64,000 nucleotides of DNA from the NCBI GenBank assembly GCA_050014435.1, contig JBEKDI010000008.1:13458-77457 (forward strand), read 5' to 3'. Every line of letters begins with the position of its first letter. Position 1 is the stretch's first letter. The DNA is from Verrucomicrobiota bacterium (GTDB lineage: Bacteria; Verrucomicrobiota; Verrucomicrobiia; Limisphaerales; Palsa-1400). The notes under the pieces are model-generated. The model was not told the DNA's origin and searched no databases. It was given only the letters and a program-made list of their open reading frames with translations. The translations under genes and the position numbers were made by a program. Positions 24,399-35,452 of the stretch are shown piece by piece.

Positions 24399-25796
24399 TC
24401 AACGCGCCCCCCTGCCCAGGAGCACCACCCAAATGGTGTGCCATAGGATTCTGAAGTCCAGCCAAATTGTCCAGTTATCAATGTACTCCAAATCCAGGCG
24501 AACCCACTCCGAAAAATCCTTGATGTCGTTGCGGCCCGAGACCTGCCACAGGCAGGTCAAACCCGGCTTGACGCTCAGGCGGCGGCGGTGGGACACGTCG
24601 TCAAAGCGCTGCACCTCGTCCACCGGCAACGGGCGCGGCCCGACCAGGCTCATCTCAAAGCGCAAGACATTGAACAATTGGGGAAATTCATCAATACTGA
24701 ACTTGCGCAGGAACCGTCCGAATGGCGTAATGCGCGGATCGTTGGTCAACTTGAAGACAGGGCCGGACATTTCATTGAGCACAGCCAGTTCCCGTTTCAA
24801 TTGCTCGGCATTGGTGACCATGGTGCGAAATTTATACATGGTAAACGGTTTGCCGTTCAGCCCGCTGCGCTCCTGCCGGAACAAGACCGGCCCCTTGGAA
24901 GTCATTTTGATGACTGCGGCGGCTATCAACATGGGAATGGCGAACACGACTAGCAGCACCAGGCCTCCCACCAGATCGACCATTTGTTTGATCACCCGGG
25001 ACCAGGGCATCTCCGGCCCGGAATGGAAAACGAACACCGGCTGCCCAAAAAAATCATCCAGGCTGGTGCGGGAAATATGCGTTTTGAAAAAGTCGGCCAG
25101 CAACCACACTTCCAGCCCTTCCAGTTCGCAGGCGCCGATGGCCGCTTCGACACGGTCCAACACGGTGTGGCTCGCATTGATGATAACGGTATTGACGGCA
25201 TGTTCATGGAAGAACGACACCAAATCCGGCACGGACGATTTATTCAAGTCGAACTCGGCCAGGATTTCCAATTCCTGAGCCGCGGAGCCGGCGATCTCCC
25301 GCAAGTGCCGGGTTTCGACGGGCGTGCCGACGAACACGATGCGCCGCTTGAATTGCGTTTGCCCTAGTTTGCTTTGATAAGTCCATCGTAGCAATTCCCC
25401 TTTCAGCATCATCAATACAAAACTGCATATGCCGAAGAGAACATAAACCCCGCGCGCCCCACTGAACCGCAACATAAAATCAGTCAAAATCACGAAGACG
25501 ATGGAGATGGCGCAGGCCTTGGCCAGTTGCCAGGCCACCAGGTGGCGAGGCGAGAAAACCGCCCTTTGATAATAACCCTGCCATTCCAAAATCAACGGCG
25601 TCACCGGAATCACCACCAGAAAAAGCCAGAAATAATGGCTGAAATCCGGGATGGGATCGACTTGATTCATCCCTTCAATGGGCAATCCCCGCCAATGATA
25701 ACGAATCAGCCAGCCTAGCCATAATCCCAAGGCAAACAACCCGCCATCAACGAATTGATCAACGGTTATTCGGATTTGCCTGTCACGATGTAACAT
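24399..25796 (-). CDS. Exopolysaccharide polyprenyl glycosylphosphotransferase (priming sugar transferase)
   Basis: N-terminal TM helices; [48 protein letters not shown]. Confidence 0.93.
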   Translation of the reverse strand: MLHRDRQIRITVDQFVDGGLFALGLWLGWLIRYHWRGLPIEGMNQVDPIPDFSHYFWLFLVVIPVTPLILEWQGYYQRAVFSPRHLVAWQLAKACAISIVFVILTDFMLRFSGARGVYVLFGICSFVLMMLKGELLRWTYQSKLGQTQFKRRIVFVGTPVETRHLREIAGSAAQELEILAEFDLNKSSVPDLVSFFHEHAVNTVIINASHTVLDRVEAAIGACELEGLEVWLLADFFKTHISRTSLDDFFGQPVFVFHSGPEMPWSRVIKQMVDLVGGLVLLVVFAIPMLIAAAVIKMTSKGPVLFRQERSGLNGKPFTMYKFRTMVTNAEQLKRELAVLNEMSGPVFKLTNDPRITPFGRFLRKFSIDEFPQLFNVLRFEMSLVGPRPLPVDEVQRFDDVSHRRRLSVKPGLTCLWQVSGRNDIKDFSEWVRLDLEYIDNWTIWLDFRILWHTIWVVLLGRGAR

Positions 25797-25857
25797 TGGA
25801 TTGAAAACGAAAACTTATCTCACGGTGATGTTGATTGGGTTTCTGCTTTCAAACGCT

Positions 25858-26619
25858 TCATTTCTGGGACGCCATGGACGATAGCCGTCCCGACGGTTGG
25901 CCCGTCACCAACTGAAATTCCGGAGCCGACGCCCGGATAAACCGTTCCAAACGCTCATATGTGAGCTGTTCCGTGCCTGGAAGGCAAGTGACAAAATAAC
26001 TGATGTAAGCCCAGCGTTCCAGTTCCCCCTTGCGCAGCACCGTCTTCCACATCGACCACAGACGCGACCCCTCCTCGGACGTGATCTTGTCCCCCGAAAC
26101 AAACCAATAGACATAAAAACAATTGACCGTCTGCCCGCTCGTCCGCAGTTGCCGGCTGGCTGTCAGTTTGACGGCCGGAATATCGTAGGCGATGGGACGA
26201 TCCATGTGCAACTTGATCCGCTCGGTGCTGCTCACGTTCCAGTCCTGCGCGTAAAGGCAGTATTGCGGCTGGTGTATGCTGGTATGGTCCGTTCCCATAA
26301 GAACCACGCTCAACTGCACGCCAAAATCGCCCTCCGGCGAACGGTAGTAGCGACGCCCAAAAGTGGTGTCACTAGGCAACGCAGTGACCTCGGTAGTGGT
26401 GACAGGCAGAGGCCGCGATGGAATCCCCAGCACGACGGCCGGCAACACCACGCTTTGGCTCGAAACCAGGCTGGACTTTTCATCGTAAATCGGGACATGC
26501 CCCACCTTCACACCCGGCGCCCCGAGAAGGTGCCGCCCCTGCAGTTCCCGCAGCCATCCCGCAGTGGCAGCGATCATTCCCAGAGCCACCCCAAAAACTA
26601 TCCACTTGGAACTTTTCAT
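25858..26619 (-). CDS. Exosortase-associated EpsI family protein
   Basis: N-terminal TM helix, SIHQPQYCL motif, YVYWFV; overlaps the exosortase stop. Confidence 0.8.
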   Translation of the reverse strand: MKSSKWIVFGVALGMIAATAGWLRELQGRHLLGAPGVKVGHVPIYDEKSSLVSSQSVVLPAVVLGIPSRPLPVTTTEVTALPSDTTFGRRYYRSPEGDFGVQLSVVLMGTDHTSIHQPQYCLYAQDWNVSSTERIKLHMDRPIAYDIPAVKLTASRQLRTSGQTVNCFYVYWFVSGDKITSEEGSRLWSMWKTVLRKGELERWAYISYFVTCLPGTEQLTYERLERFIRASAPEFQLVTGQPSGRLSSMASQK

Positions 26620-27566
26620 GGCGACACCACCAACGGTTTTTCCTTCAGCCATCGGCCCAGCAGGAGGACCACACCAATGGCCACACCGTACGTCACATAG
26701 CCAAAGTAGTCATCCACGAACTTCCCCGCCGCCGCGGTCTTAAACGCGTTGGCCGCGAAAAGAATGGTGGTGATCCGAATCATGTTACAAATCAGCGCCA
26801 GCGGTATGGTGGAGAGAATCATGACCCCCCGCCTCCAGGTCGTTCTCATCGTCAAGACCGAAAAGATCGTTGTAATCGCCAGCAGCGCGATGAAGCTTCG
26901 GATGCCGCTGCACTCGGCTGCAACGTCGAAACTCCCATACTCCCCCGCAAGCTTGGTGCTGCCCAGGAGTTGCACCGGCACTTGTAGAACATCCCTGAGA
27001 ATGAAAGCCGCGCCATCGCGCGCAAAATGCCGCAACGGAAGGGTCAATCCCTGGGCAAACGTCCCTCCCATCGGCACGCAAAAGGCGAAAATGAAGAACG
27101 GGAAAAAACTCGCTTTCAAAGTCTCCCGTCCCCACATCAAACCCGTCAATATCCAGGCCCCGGAAAAGAATGCCACCATCGATATCCGCGGTTGCTGCAC
27201 GACGAAACCGAGTACATGCAATGCCAATGCCAGCGCCAGTCCCGCCAGACCCGGCCACCATGCCGCGCTGATCGAACTGACCAACCGCTGGCGCCGGACC
27301 CACAGCAGGCCCAGCACCACCAACGGGATGACCTTGCCATGACTGGAGTCATTGGCGGGATCGCTCCACTTGCCCCACATCCAACTGAATATCGAATCGT
27401 TCCTCCCCGCCTGGGCCGATGTCCACCCGAAGTAATAAAACAGCAGGCACCAAGCCGCCAAAAGCCCCAGAAAAACCGTCCCATCCGGCAACTTCTTCCA
27501 ATAATACTGCAACTCCTGGCCAAAGTTCCCGGACGGCCCTGCATTGTCCTGCTCGATTGCCTGCAT
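26616..27566 (-). CDS. Exosortase/archaeosortase family protein
   Basis: Multi-TM protein with SHG, VAAECSGIRS (catalytic Cys) and NMIRI (Arg). Start chosen at ATG 27566. Confidence 0.9.
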   Translation of the reverse strand: MQAIEQDNAGPSGNFGQELQYYWKKLPDGTVFLGLLAAWCLLFYYFGWTSAQAGRNDSIFSWMWGKWSDPANDSSHGKVIPLVVLGLLWVRRQRLVSSISAAWWPGLAGLALALALHVLGFVVQQPRISMVAFFSGAWILTGLMWGRETLKASFFPFFIFAFCVPMGGTFAQGLTLPLRHFARDGAAFILRDVLQVPVQLLGSTKLAGEYGSFDVAAECSGIRSFIALLAITTIFSVLTMRTTWRRGVMILSTIPLALICNMIRITTILFAANAFKTAAAGKFVDDYFGYVTYGVAIGVVLLLGRWLKEKPLVVSP

Positions 27567-27625
27567 TTCCCCCAGAGTACATGGCCGAAGAGGGCAGCGC
27601 AATCTAATCCCAACCATCCCCAAAG

Positions 27626-28105
27626 TTAACGCGCCGGAACGCCCGACCAAAGAAAGGATTCCTGTCCGGACAACTGCCGGTCCCCTTCCCAAAGGGTCAC
27701 ACGCCATGCCACCAGCTCGCCGAATTTCTGAAAGTCGTCCCCGCCCAAGGTGAATTCAGTCCAACTGCCAAGGAACCCGCTCTTCTTGACAGGCTGCTCC
27801 AGGGTGATGGTCTCCAGGGTGTTGGTGCGCAATCCGCGCAGCTCGGCGCGCAATCGCGTCTTTTCCCAATCAACCCCTTTGGCCTTCCACAGCACTTCCA
27901 CGCGCAGGCTCTTGCGCAACCCGGGATGTTTGCGAAGATAAAACTGATAAGCGTCCCTCTCATACAAACTGGGCGAGAGGGACTGGCGTCCCTTCTTGTC
28001 CAGGAACTGCGGCAGGACCTTGCAGACCTTGCCCCCGCCCGCCATGACCACGGTGTTTGACAGCAAAAAAGCGATCAGGACGAAACTGGCGGCAAAGCGG
28101 CGCAT
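27626..28105 (-). CDS. Secreted conserved hypothetical protein
   Basis: 159-aa ORF with signal peptide and coding-like composition; promoter-like -10 box just upstream. Confidence 0.7.
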   Translation of the reverse strand: MRRFAASFVLIAFLLSNTVVMAGGGKVCKVLPQFLDKKGRQSLSPSLYERDAYQFYLRKHPGLRKSLRVEVLWKAKGVDWEKTRLRAELRGLRTNTLETITLEQPVKKSGFLGSWTEFTLGGDDFQKFGELVAWRVTLWEGDRQLSGQESFLWSGVPAR

Positions 28106-28145
28106 GGCGGAAAACTACCAATCCTTGCTGAAAAGTAAACCGCGA

Positions 28146-30845
28146 TCAGGAGCCATGTTTCTCCTCACCCGATTTGGGAGCGGCCGGAAGCAAGGCCAGA
28201 ATCTCCTCCTGCTCCTGATACCATTCTTCCAATGGCCGGGACAGGGCCGACGGCTTGAAATCCTTGTAATGATCCAAACCCAGGGCGGAATCGACTTCTT
28301 TCTTTAGGGCTTCGTGGATGTCAGACCTGGCTTCGTCAGCCCACCCTTTGTAGGAGCCGGTGGACGGCCCCAACATGCGCGCGGCGTCCAACCGCGTGGC
28401 CTGATCGTATTTGAAGTGAGGCACCGAAACGATTTGCTTGTCCTCCTTGCCTTCGATTCGGTTGGTTTCCTCCTGCGCCGTAATGACGAGCTTGGCCAGG
28501 TCGATGATGCGCTGGTCCAATTTGGCCAGGGCGTCGTCGTCGCTGACGTGCCCGTTGGCTTCGAAATCCAGATCGCGCGAGGCGTTGGTCAGGCGCTGGC
28601 AAACCTGGCGGATGACTTCCTTCTCCAATTCTTCGAAAAACTTCTGGCCGCGTTTCACGATCAGTTCCCGCTCCTCCTTGGTGAAACTGTATTTCTTGTC
28701 GTCCAACCCGACGAACGTCGAGTAATTGGCGTTGGTGAGAAGCTTCTGCAACCTGGCTGTCAGATTGGTGCCGTTGAGGCGATCCACCACAAACGCGTTG
28801 CTGGGGTTGTCGTTGGTGGATTTCAACTCCAACTTCAAGTCCACAGGCATAAACGAGAAAGCCGCGCGATCCACACCGCCCAGCCGCTCGATCTGGTTGG
28901 TCAGATACTCCCAATGCGCCTGCAGCCGTTCCTTGCGGTTCAGGTCGCCGATGAAGTCAAATTTATTCTCGACACGAAGCGAGCGGGTCCCGGACTTGAA
29001 CCAGATCAGGATGTCCTCGAACTCACCCGCCAGCATCCTGGCGTAGGGAGCGTAGCGCAAGTTGACCTGCTCCAGCGGAATCCGGTCGTGCGGATTGCGC
29101 GGGGCGCGGGCGCGAATGAAAGTTTCGACGACGTTGTTGGGGAGGAGATTGATGATCTGGGCGATCTCATTGTAGGAGCCCACCACGGGGTCCTCGCCGT
29201 AATCATACGGGCGGACGTCGCCGTAGCGCCGGATGTCCTGATCGGTGCCAAACAGGAGCTTTTTATCCCGCGCCTCGGTGCTGTCAAAATAACCCCAGGC
29301 AATCGCCGCCCGGTCGTGCGGCAGCGCTTCCTTGATCGTGCGCATGCGCCAGCCTATGAATACCGAGGCCTTGAAATTGTTGTAATCCATCACCGAAGCA
29401 GACGTTATTTTGTTGGTGTAAGTATCCAGGGGTTTGCCGGAAATATACTCCCTGAACCAGTTGTCGAGTTCCTTTTCGGGCAGTGAGGCCGCCAGGCTGC
29501 CGGCGAAATTGTGGCGCAACCCCAGCACATGGCCCACCTCGTGCGAAACCACTTCCCGCACCGCGTCCTGCGACGCGCGCAGCACGGCGGCATCGGTCAA
29601 CTCGTCGCTGGCCAGCACTTCCTTGAGGCCCACCGCCATTTGCCGCGCAAATTCAACCGGGTCAATGTCGCAACAAGGGCCGGATCCCAGAAACGGCAAG
29701 GCCTTATGCAGGGCGGGGATGGCTTTTTTGTCGTCTTTCTTCGGCTCGGCCATCTCCTCCATGCTGCGCAAAAGAATGCGCGCTTCCGCCCGGGTCATAA
29801 ACGCCCAGGCGCTGGTGATATAAGCCTGGCCGTGCTCGGACTGGCCCGTCAGCGGGTCCATCAAATCGTCCGCGTAGGCAAAACCCGCGTTGTCCCACGG
29901 CACCCATTGGATGATGTTGTAATCGGCATCCGGCGCGGTGGCGCCTTCCGGCGCCTTCTTCACCTGCACGATCTCTTTCCCCAAGGCGAAATTCCAATAG
30001 AGGATGCCGTCCTTGACCGCCTGCACGTAATTGCTCGGCGTGTTGGCCGAATAATAAAACATGAGCGGCTGACGCAGGTCGAAGCGGGCAATGCGGGAAG
30101 ATACGCGCCCGGTCACAGGCTCAATCTGGCCCTCCGTTTCAAAGTACCGGACATAACGATAGAACGGGCTTTCTTCTTCCTTGCCCTCGAAGGCGGCCCG
30201 CTTGTAAGGCGAGAGGAAATAACGCATCTCGTAACGTGATTCGAGGTTCTCGTCATATTCGCGGCTCCGCGCCTGCACGCTCTGGCGGATGATCAACCGG
30301 TCCTTGTCCTGGCGCACGTCAAAGACGCGGCTCTCCGGCACTTCCAGCACCTGATCACGCTCGTAAATACTGAACTCGCCTTCGCTCACCCATGCCTGCG
30401 TAAAAACCCGCCGCATCCCCTTGTTAAAATCCACCACCACCTTCTGGTCGTCCTGACGCACGATTGGAAAAGAGGCCAGCAACCGGCGCGCCGGCAAATC
30501 TTCCGTCACCAGCAAACCCAGCGTCGATTCATACATGTCCACCGCATCGGGGAACAACTCGAAACGGACAATCTTGCCCGCCAAGCCGGTGCTGGTGGCC
30601 GCCCATTCCTGGGGAATCACCGAGGCGGTGAACTGATAATCCTTGCCCAATCCCGCCTTGGGAATGGCCAGCATGAACCGGTCCGCCACTTCCAACGGCG
30701 GCGCGACGGGCGCGGCGGGCGCGGCGTTGGCCGGCACATTCGTGTCAGCCGCCGCGGCGCGGCGCGCGCCCGGCAGAAACAACCAGGCGAAAAAAATGAC
30801 TGACAGAATGACCAGCGCAGGGATGCAAGGAATGCGGCGTTTCAT
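28146..30845 (-). CDS. Secreted Zn-dependent metalloprotease (metzincin, EcxA/DUF5117-DUF4953-like)
   Basis: HEVGHVLGLRHNF Zn motif, SVMDY Met-turn, signal peptide. Confidence 0.88.
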   Translation of the reverse strand: MKRRIPCIPALVILSVIFFAWLFLPGARRAAAADTNVPANAAPAAPVAPPLEVADRFMLAIPKAGLGKDYQFTASVIPQEWAATSTGLAGKIVRFELFPDAVDMYESTLGLLVTEDLPARRLLASFPIVRQDDQKVVVDFNKGMRRVFTQAWVSEGEFSIYERDQVLEVPESRVFDVRQDKDRLIIRQSVQARSREYDENLESRYEMRYFLSPYKRAAFEGKEEESPFYRYVRYFETEGQIEPVTGRVSSRIARFDLRQPLMFYYSANTPSNYVQAVKDGILYWNFALGKEIVQVKKAPEGATAPDADYNIIQWVPWDNAGFAYADDLMDPLTGQSEHGQAYITSAWAFMTRAEARILLRSMEEMAEPKKDDKKAIPALHKALPFLGSGPCCDIDPVEFARQMAVGLKEVLASDELTDAAVLRASQDAVREVVSHEVGHVLGLRHNFAGSLAASLPEKELDNWFREYISGKPLDTYTNKITSASVMDYNNFKASVFIGWRMRTIKEALPHDRAAIAWGYFDSTEARDKKLLFGTDQDIRRYGDVRPYDYGEDPVVGSYNEIAQIINLLPNNVVETFIRARAPRNPHDRIPLEQVNLRYAPYARMLAGEFEDILIWFKSGTRSLRVENKFDFIGDLNRKERLQAHWEYLTNQIERLGGVDRAAFSFMPVDLKLELKSTNDNPSNAFVVDRLNGTNLTARLQKLLTNANYSTFVGLDDKKYSFTKEERELIVKRGQKFFEELEKEVIRQVCQRLTNASRDLDFEANGHVSDDDALAKLDQRIIDLAKLVITAQEETNRIEGKEDKQIVSVPHFKYDQATRLDAARMLGPSTGSYKGWADEARSDIHEALKKEVDSALGLDHYKDFKPSALSRPLEEWYQEQEEILALLPAAPKSGEEKHGS

Positions 30846-31242
30846 ATTGAGAGGCAGTGTGACGGCAAGAACGGCAACCGCGCAAGTATGAAGAATTGCG
30901 CAAATCAACTTTTGTCAGTGCTCCAGCCGCCGTGGCCGCGCGGGGGAAAATGTCGAATGAAAAACTCGTAATGACTCATGATTATCCGAAACGACCATTT
31001 GGCAGGCGCAGCATTCCAAACCCTGAAAATCCTCGAAAAACAGCGGAATCCTTTCCACCCATTTGATCGGAACTTGTTGGCCGGCAATTGGTTGCAACCG
31101 AATAAAAGTGAATATTCATTTTTCACTTTTTTACGGTTCCCTCGGTTGGAATGTTCACGACGGATGAATGCGGATGGACACAGATTTGCCGCCCCCGGCC
31201 CATTGTCCATTATCAATTGTCAATTATTAATTGTCGTCACGC

Positions 31243-31650
31243 CTACGGAAAACCGATGCCGTAAAAGCGGGCGGGATAATTCGTCCACTGCGGATCGCTG
31301 AAATGGAATGAACCATTCGTGAGATTGACGTTCGTCAGCGGCGTCCAAACCGGGCTGGCCAGATTCGTGCAGGCCTCCACCACAATCGGGATGTTGCTCG
31401 TGCCCGTGATGTTGAACCCAAATTGATTGCTCCTCACGCCAAAATACGCGCCGCTGGTTTGGATCACCGGATTCCACAATACAGTCGGAAGATTGTCAAA
31501 ATTATTACTCCAACCACTTGTCCCGGGCAAATAGTAGATCGTTACCGAGTCTTCATTGAACAAATCTGGATCAGTTTGGGGAGCGCTGCCCGTGAAACAG
31601 ACGCTGGTCAGGCCAAAGCAGCCCAGGAACGCATCATTCCCGATGCCCAA
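31243..31650 (-). pseudogene. 3' remnant of a BspA-type leucine-rich repeat surface protein
   Basis: Begins mid-repeat (IGNDAFLGCFGLTSVCF) with no signal peptide; ends in a C-terminal domain FGFNITG...VVEACTNL...FSDPQWTNYPARFY. Confidence 0.65.
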
Positions 31651-31834
31651 TGTTTTTCTCAGGGTTCAGCGTTCGCGGTTCAGAAGTCTGAAAAATGCAT
31701 TGGCCCCGTTGGCCCCCCTTCGTTTCCTTAGCGATCTTCGTGGTTCAAAAGGCTCTCAAGCCTTTGATGCGCAGTGCCTTAAGCCAATTTCCATCCATAC
31801 ATCACATCTTTTTGAAAAATCTTTAAGAAATCTA

Positions 31835-31863
31835 TTGACGAATCAATGTTTTAACTGTAGTAT
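31835..31863 (+). promoter_or_regulatory. Sigma70-like promoter
   Basis: TTGACG-17 nt-TAGTAT in an AT-rich stretch. Confidence 0.5.
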
Positions 31864-31910
31864 TCATTTAGTGAATGACCTATTAAGGCCGTGTCGGGCG
31901 GGAGGGGGCG

Positions 31911-32400
31911 AATCCTAATCTTAATCCTAATCCCAATAAGGCTGCGCCCGTGAAATGAAACCAATCTGTGAAATTCCGCACCCCCGAATTCCTTCGGAGG
32001 CGGCCAGCCTTCGTTTCGTGATTTTTCAGAACTTCAGCCTTCAGCCTTTGGCCTTCAGCATTCCTGCAATGAATGGGTAAAAAAACCGCACTTAATCGCA
32101 CTTGCTCGCACTTAATCCGGGTTAATCGCACCATTTTGAAACATTTTTTTATTGCGCCGATCAAACCATGTTTAGTTCAGTTAGAACCGAATCGAACCAG
32201 TGCTCAAGCGGCCAGATTGTATGCAAAGATCGGGACAGGAATGCCTTACAAAACAACTAATGTTTGAGCCGGTCGTACTACTCAAAGTGAATCAAAGTGA
32301 TTTTATTTCCATTCCTGAGGCTGTAAAAAATCGCGACGGAAGGCCTCCGGCGTCTTGGGCCGCTATCAATCATCCATTGTCAATTATCCATTATCCATTT
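31911..32400. repeat. Cluster of short tandem repeats
   Basis: TAATCY hexamers (~31911-31936), CCTTCAG heptamers (~32033-32060), GCACTTAATC-type decamers (~32088-32131), CCATT/CAATT-type heptamers (~32367-32400). Confidence 0.6.
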
Positions 32401-32453
32401 CGCCAGTATGAAGATTTGTTTGATACAGCCGTGGATTGCGCTATAAGAACCCC

Positions 32454-34520
32454 GTGAATTCGTCCTACTCGAGCCAATGCCGCCGCCTTATCATGCTGGC
32501 GGGCGCTTCACTGCTGCTGCTGGCCTCTCCCGGTCAGGCTTCCAAACACAGCCCACCCTCCCCCGCCGAGTTGCGCGCCTTCATCGAGGCCGCCGATGAC
32601 AAGGTGCGGCAGGCGCTGGTGCGCATTCGTGTCGTCTCAACCGAATTCCATGGCGGGCGCGAAGTCAAAAGGCAGGAGGTGGGCAGCGGCGTCATCATCA
32701 CCAAGGACGGTTACATTATCACCAATCATCATGTGGCCGGCCACACCGCCCGCATTTTCTGCACGCTGTGGGACCGCGAGGAGATCGAAGCGGAGCTGAT
32801 CGGCACCGATCCGCTGACGGACATCGCGGTCATCAAGCTCAAGCCCGGAGACAAGCGCGTCTTCACGCCCGCTGTTTTCGGCGATTCCAGTCTCTTGCAG
32901 GTTGGCGATCCGGTCCTGGCCATGGGAAGTCCCATGGCCCTCTCGCAATCCGTCACCTTGGGCATCATCAGCAACACTCAGATGATCATGCCCCGCTTTT
33001 GGGGCGAATATGGCCGGTTTCAACTCGACGGCGAGGACGTCGGCTCCCTCGTGCGCTGGATCGGTCATGACGCGGCCATTTACGGCGGCAATTCCGGCGG
33101 TCCGCTCTGCAATCTGCGCGGCGAAATCGTGGGCATCAACGAAATCAGCTTCGGCCTCGGCGGCGCCATCCCCGGCAATCTGGCCAAAACCGTCGCCTTC
33201 GAGCTGATCGCCCGCGGCAAGATCACCCGGAGTTGGCTTGGGATTGACCCGCAGCCCCTGTTCAAGGAATGGAAGTCCGCCCGCGGCGTCCTGATCGCCG
33301 GAGTCCAGGAGCGCTCGCCTGCGGCCAAGGCGGGCTTGTTGCCGGGCGACATTCTGTTCAGCCTGGCCGGCAAGCCGCTCAACGTGCATTTCGACGAACA
33401 GATGCCAGATTTTATGGCGCTGGCCACCAGCCTGCCCATTGGCAAACCAGCGGAGGCCCTGGTCAGCCGCGGCAGCAACGAGGTTCGCGCCTCCATCATC
33501 CCCATCGAGCGCGGGGAAATGTACCCTCCCGAGCAGGAAATCAAGCCGTGGGGCCTGACGGCGCGGAACTTTTCCTTCCTCCTGGCCCGCGAATTGAAGC
33601 GGTCCAATCTCAACGGCGTGCTTGTCACCTCGGTCAGACCGGGCGGTCCCGCCGGCGAAGCCAAGCCGCCTCTCCAGAACAACGACGTGCTGGTCGCGGT
33701 CAATGGCACTCCGATCGATTCCGTGCAGGATCTCTTCGAGTTGACGCGCAAGATTTCCGCACAGCAGAGCGATCCTGTGCCGGTCCTGGCTTCCTTCGAG
33801 CGCCGGTCAGCGCAGTATTTGACTGTCGTTCGGGTCGGCATCGAAGAGGAGAAAGACCCCGGCTTGGAAGTCACCAAGGCCTGGCTGCCAGTCGAGACGC
33901 GCGTCATCAGCCGCGAAATCGCCGCCCAACTGGGCCGGCCCGATCTCAAAGGGTTCTACATCAGCCGCGTTTACCCGGGCAGCACGGCGGAAAAAGCCGG
34001 CCTCAACCCACGTGATTTCATCGTGGCCGTGGATGGCGAAAAGCTCACCGCATCGCGTCCCGAAAATGAGGACGAGCTTTCGAGCCTCATCCGCGAATAC
34101 GACGTCGGCAAGACGGTCGAATTATCCGTGCTCCGCGATCTCAAGCCGCTCAAGATCCCCGTTGAACTGGAACGCTCGCCGCGACTGCAACGCGAGATGA
34201 AAAAGTACAGCAACGAGGACTTCGAGTTCACCTCCCGCAACGTTTCCTTCTTCGATGCCGCCGAGGACCAGTGGGACAGAAACCAGCAGGGGGCCTTGAT
34301 CGACGAGATCAAGCCGGGCAGTTGGGCGGAGTTGGGCGGCCTCGAAGTCGGCGACCTTGTTGTCGAAGTGGACAGCCAGTCCGTCGGCAACGTGGACGCA
34401 TTGCGGTCGATCATGGAAAAGATCGCCGCGCAACGCAAACCCGCGCTGCAAATGAAAGTCCTCCGCGGCGTTCACCATGCCTATCTTGAAGTGGAGCCTG
34501 ACTGGAACAAATCGCATTAA
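32454..34520 (+). CDS. HtrA/DegP-like serine protease with multiple PDZ domains
   Basis: GSGVII, TNHHV (His), TDIAVIK (Asp), GGNSGGP (Ser); about four PDZ-like units; signal peptide. Confidence 0.9.
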   Translation: MNSSYSSQCRRLIMLAGASLLLLASPGQASKHSPPSPAELRAFIEAADDKVRQALVRIRVVSTEFHGGREVKRQEVGSGVIITKDGYIITNHHVAGHTARIFCTLWDREEIEAELIGTDPLTDIAVIKLKPGDKRVFTPAVFGDSSLLQVGDPVLAMGSPMALSQSVTLGIISNTQMIMPRFWGEYGRFQLDGEDVGSLVRWIGHDAAIYGGNSGGPLCNLRGEIVGINEISFGLGGAIPGNLAKTVAFELIARGKITRSWLGIDPQPLFKEWKSARGVLIAGVQERSPAAKAGLLPGDILFSLAGKPLNVHFDEQMPDFMALATSLPIGKPAEALVSRGSNEVRASIIPIERGEMYPPEQEIKPWGLTARNFSFLLARELKRSNLNGVLVTSVRPGGPAGEAKPPLQNNDVLVAVNGTPIDSVQDLFELTRKISAQQSDPVPVLASFERRSAQYLTVVRVGIEEEKDPGLEVTKAWLPVETRVISREIAAQLGRPDLKGFYISRVYPGSTAEKAGLNPRDFIVAVDGEKLTASRPENEDELSSLIREYDVGKTVELSVLRDLKPLKIPVELERSPRLQREMKKYSNEDFEFTSRNVSFFDAAEDQWDRNQQGALIDEIKPGSWAELGGLEVGDLVVEVDSQSVGNVDALRSIMEKIAAQRKPALQMKVLRGVHHAYLEVEPDWNKSH

Positions 34521-34534
34521 CCCAAAACATTCCC

Positions 34535-35347
34535 ATGAAAAACAATTGCCAACTGACATTTGTCCTGGCGGCCCTGCTGGCCGCGACCGCCCGCGCCGAC
34601 GACCTTGCTGACAAAGGCCGCCAAATCTTCACCAACAACCAATACGCCGTCGTCACCATAGAGGCCGTGGTCAAAACCACCTACTCTTCCGGCGCGCACG
34701 CCTCCGAGCCGGCCGAGAACAAGACCGATGTCAACGGCACCGTCCTGGACCCCTCGGGCCTGACCGTCCTGGCTCTGTCCTCTGTGGATCCGGCCGATCT
34801 CTATCACCAGCTTTCCGACAAATACAAAATTGCGACGGAAGTCACCGACATTAAACTTCTCCTGGACGACGGAACGGAAATTCCCGCCGAAATCATTCTG
34901 CGCGACAAGGACCTCGATCTGGCCTACATCAGGCCCAAAACCCAACCGTCCGCGCCCATGGCCTCGATCGATTTCAGCAAATCCTCCGCCGCGGGCCTGC
35001 TTGAGCCGCTGGTTGTCCTGAACCGCCTGAACCGCGCCGCGGGCCGGGGCTACGCGGCCTCCATCGGGCGCGTGTCCGCCGTCGTCCGACGGCCCCGCAC
35101 CTACTATGTCACCGATGCCGGCAACGGCTCCATTTCGCTCGGTTCCCCTGGCTTCGCCCTCAATGGCAGTATCGTGGGGCTGTTCGTTATGCGCGCCGTC
35201 AACGCCGGCGACAGTACCAGCCGCTCCATGCGCGACTACATGACCACCATTGTCATCCCGGCTGAAGACATCGTGAAAGGGGCCAAACAAGCGATGGAAG
35301 TGAGGCCCGCCAGCTCCAAACCCGCGAGCACCAACGTCGTCAAGTAG
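34535..35347 (+). CDS. Secreted trypsin-like domain protein, catalytic residues apparently lost
   Basis: GTVLDPSGL, RDKDLDLAYIR and GSIVGL match the trypsin-2 fold; no His or GxSGG motif. Confidence 0.7.
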   Translation: MKNNCQLTFVLAALLAATARADDLADKGRQIFTNNQYAVVTIEAVVKTTYSSGAHASEPAENKTDVNGTVLDPSGLTVLALSSVDPADLYHQLSDKYKIATEVTDIKLLLDDGTEIPAEIILRDKDLDLAYIRPKTQPSAPMASIDFSKSSAAGLLEPLVVLNRLNRAAGRGYAASIGRVSAVVRRPRTYYVTDAGNGSISLGSPGFALNGSIVGLFVMRAVNAGDSTSRSMRDYMTTIVIPAEDIVKGAKQAMEVRPASSKPASTNVVK

Positions 35348-35452
35348 TAGTCCGCCAGTATTGCGTGTGTAAGCATTCGTAATTTTTTGCATTTTGGCGG
35401 TTGACATTTCCATAAATATGAATCAATCTATCCGTATTCGTTGATATAACGA

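Noticed and set aside
31911-32400. Repeats as a CRISPR array
   Set aside because: Units are 6-10 bp with no unique spacers, and there are no cas genes.
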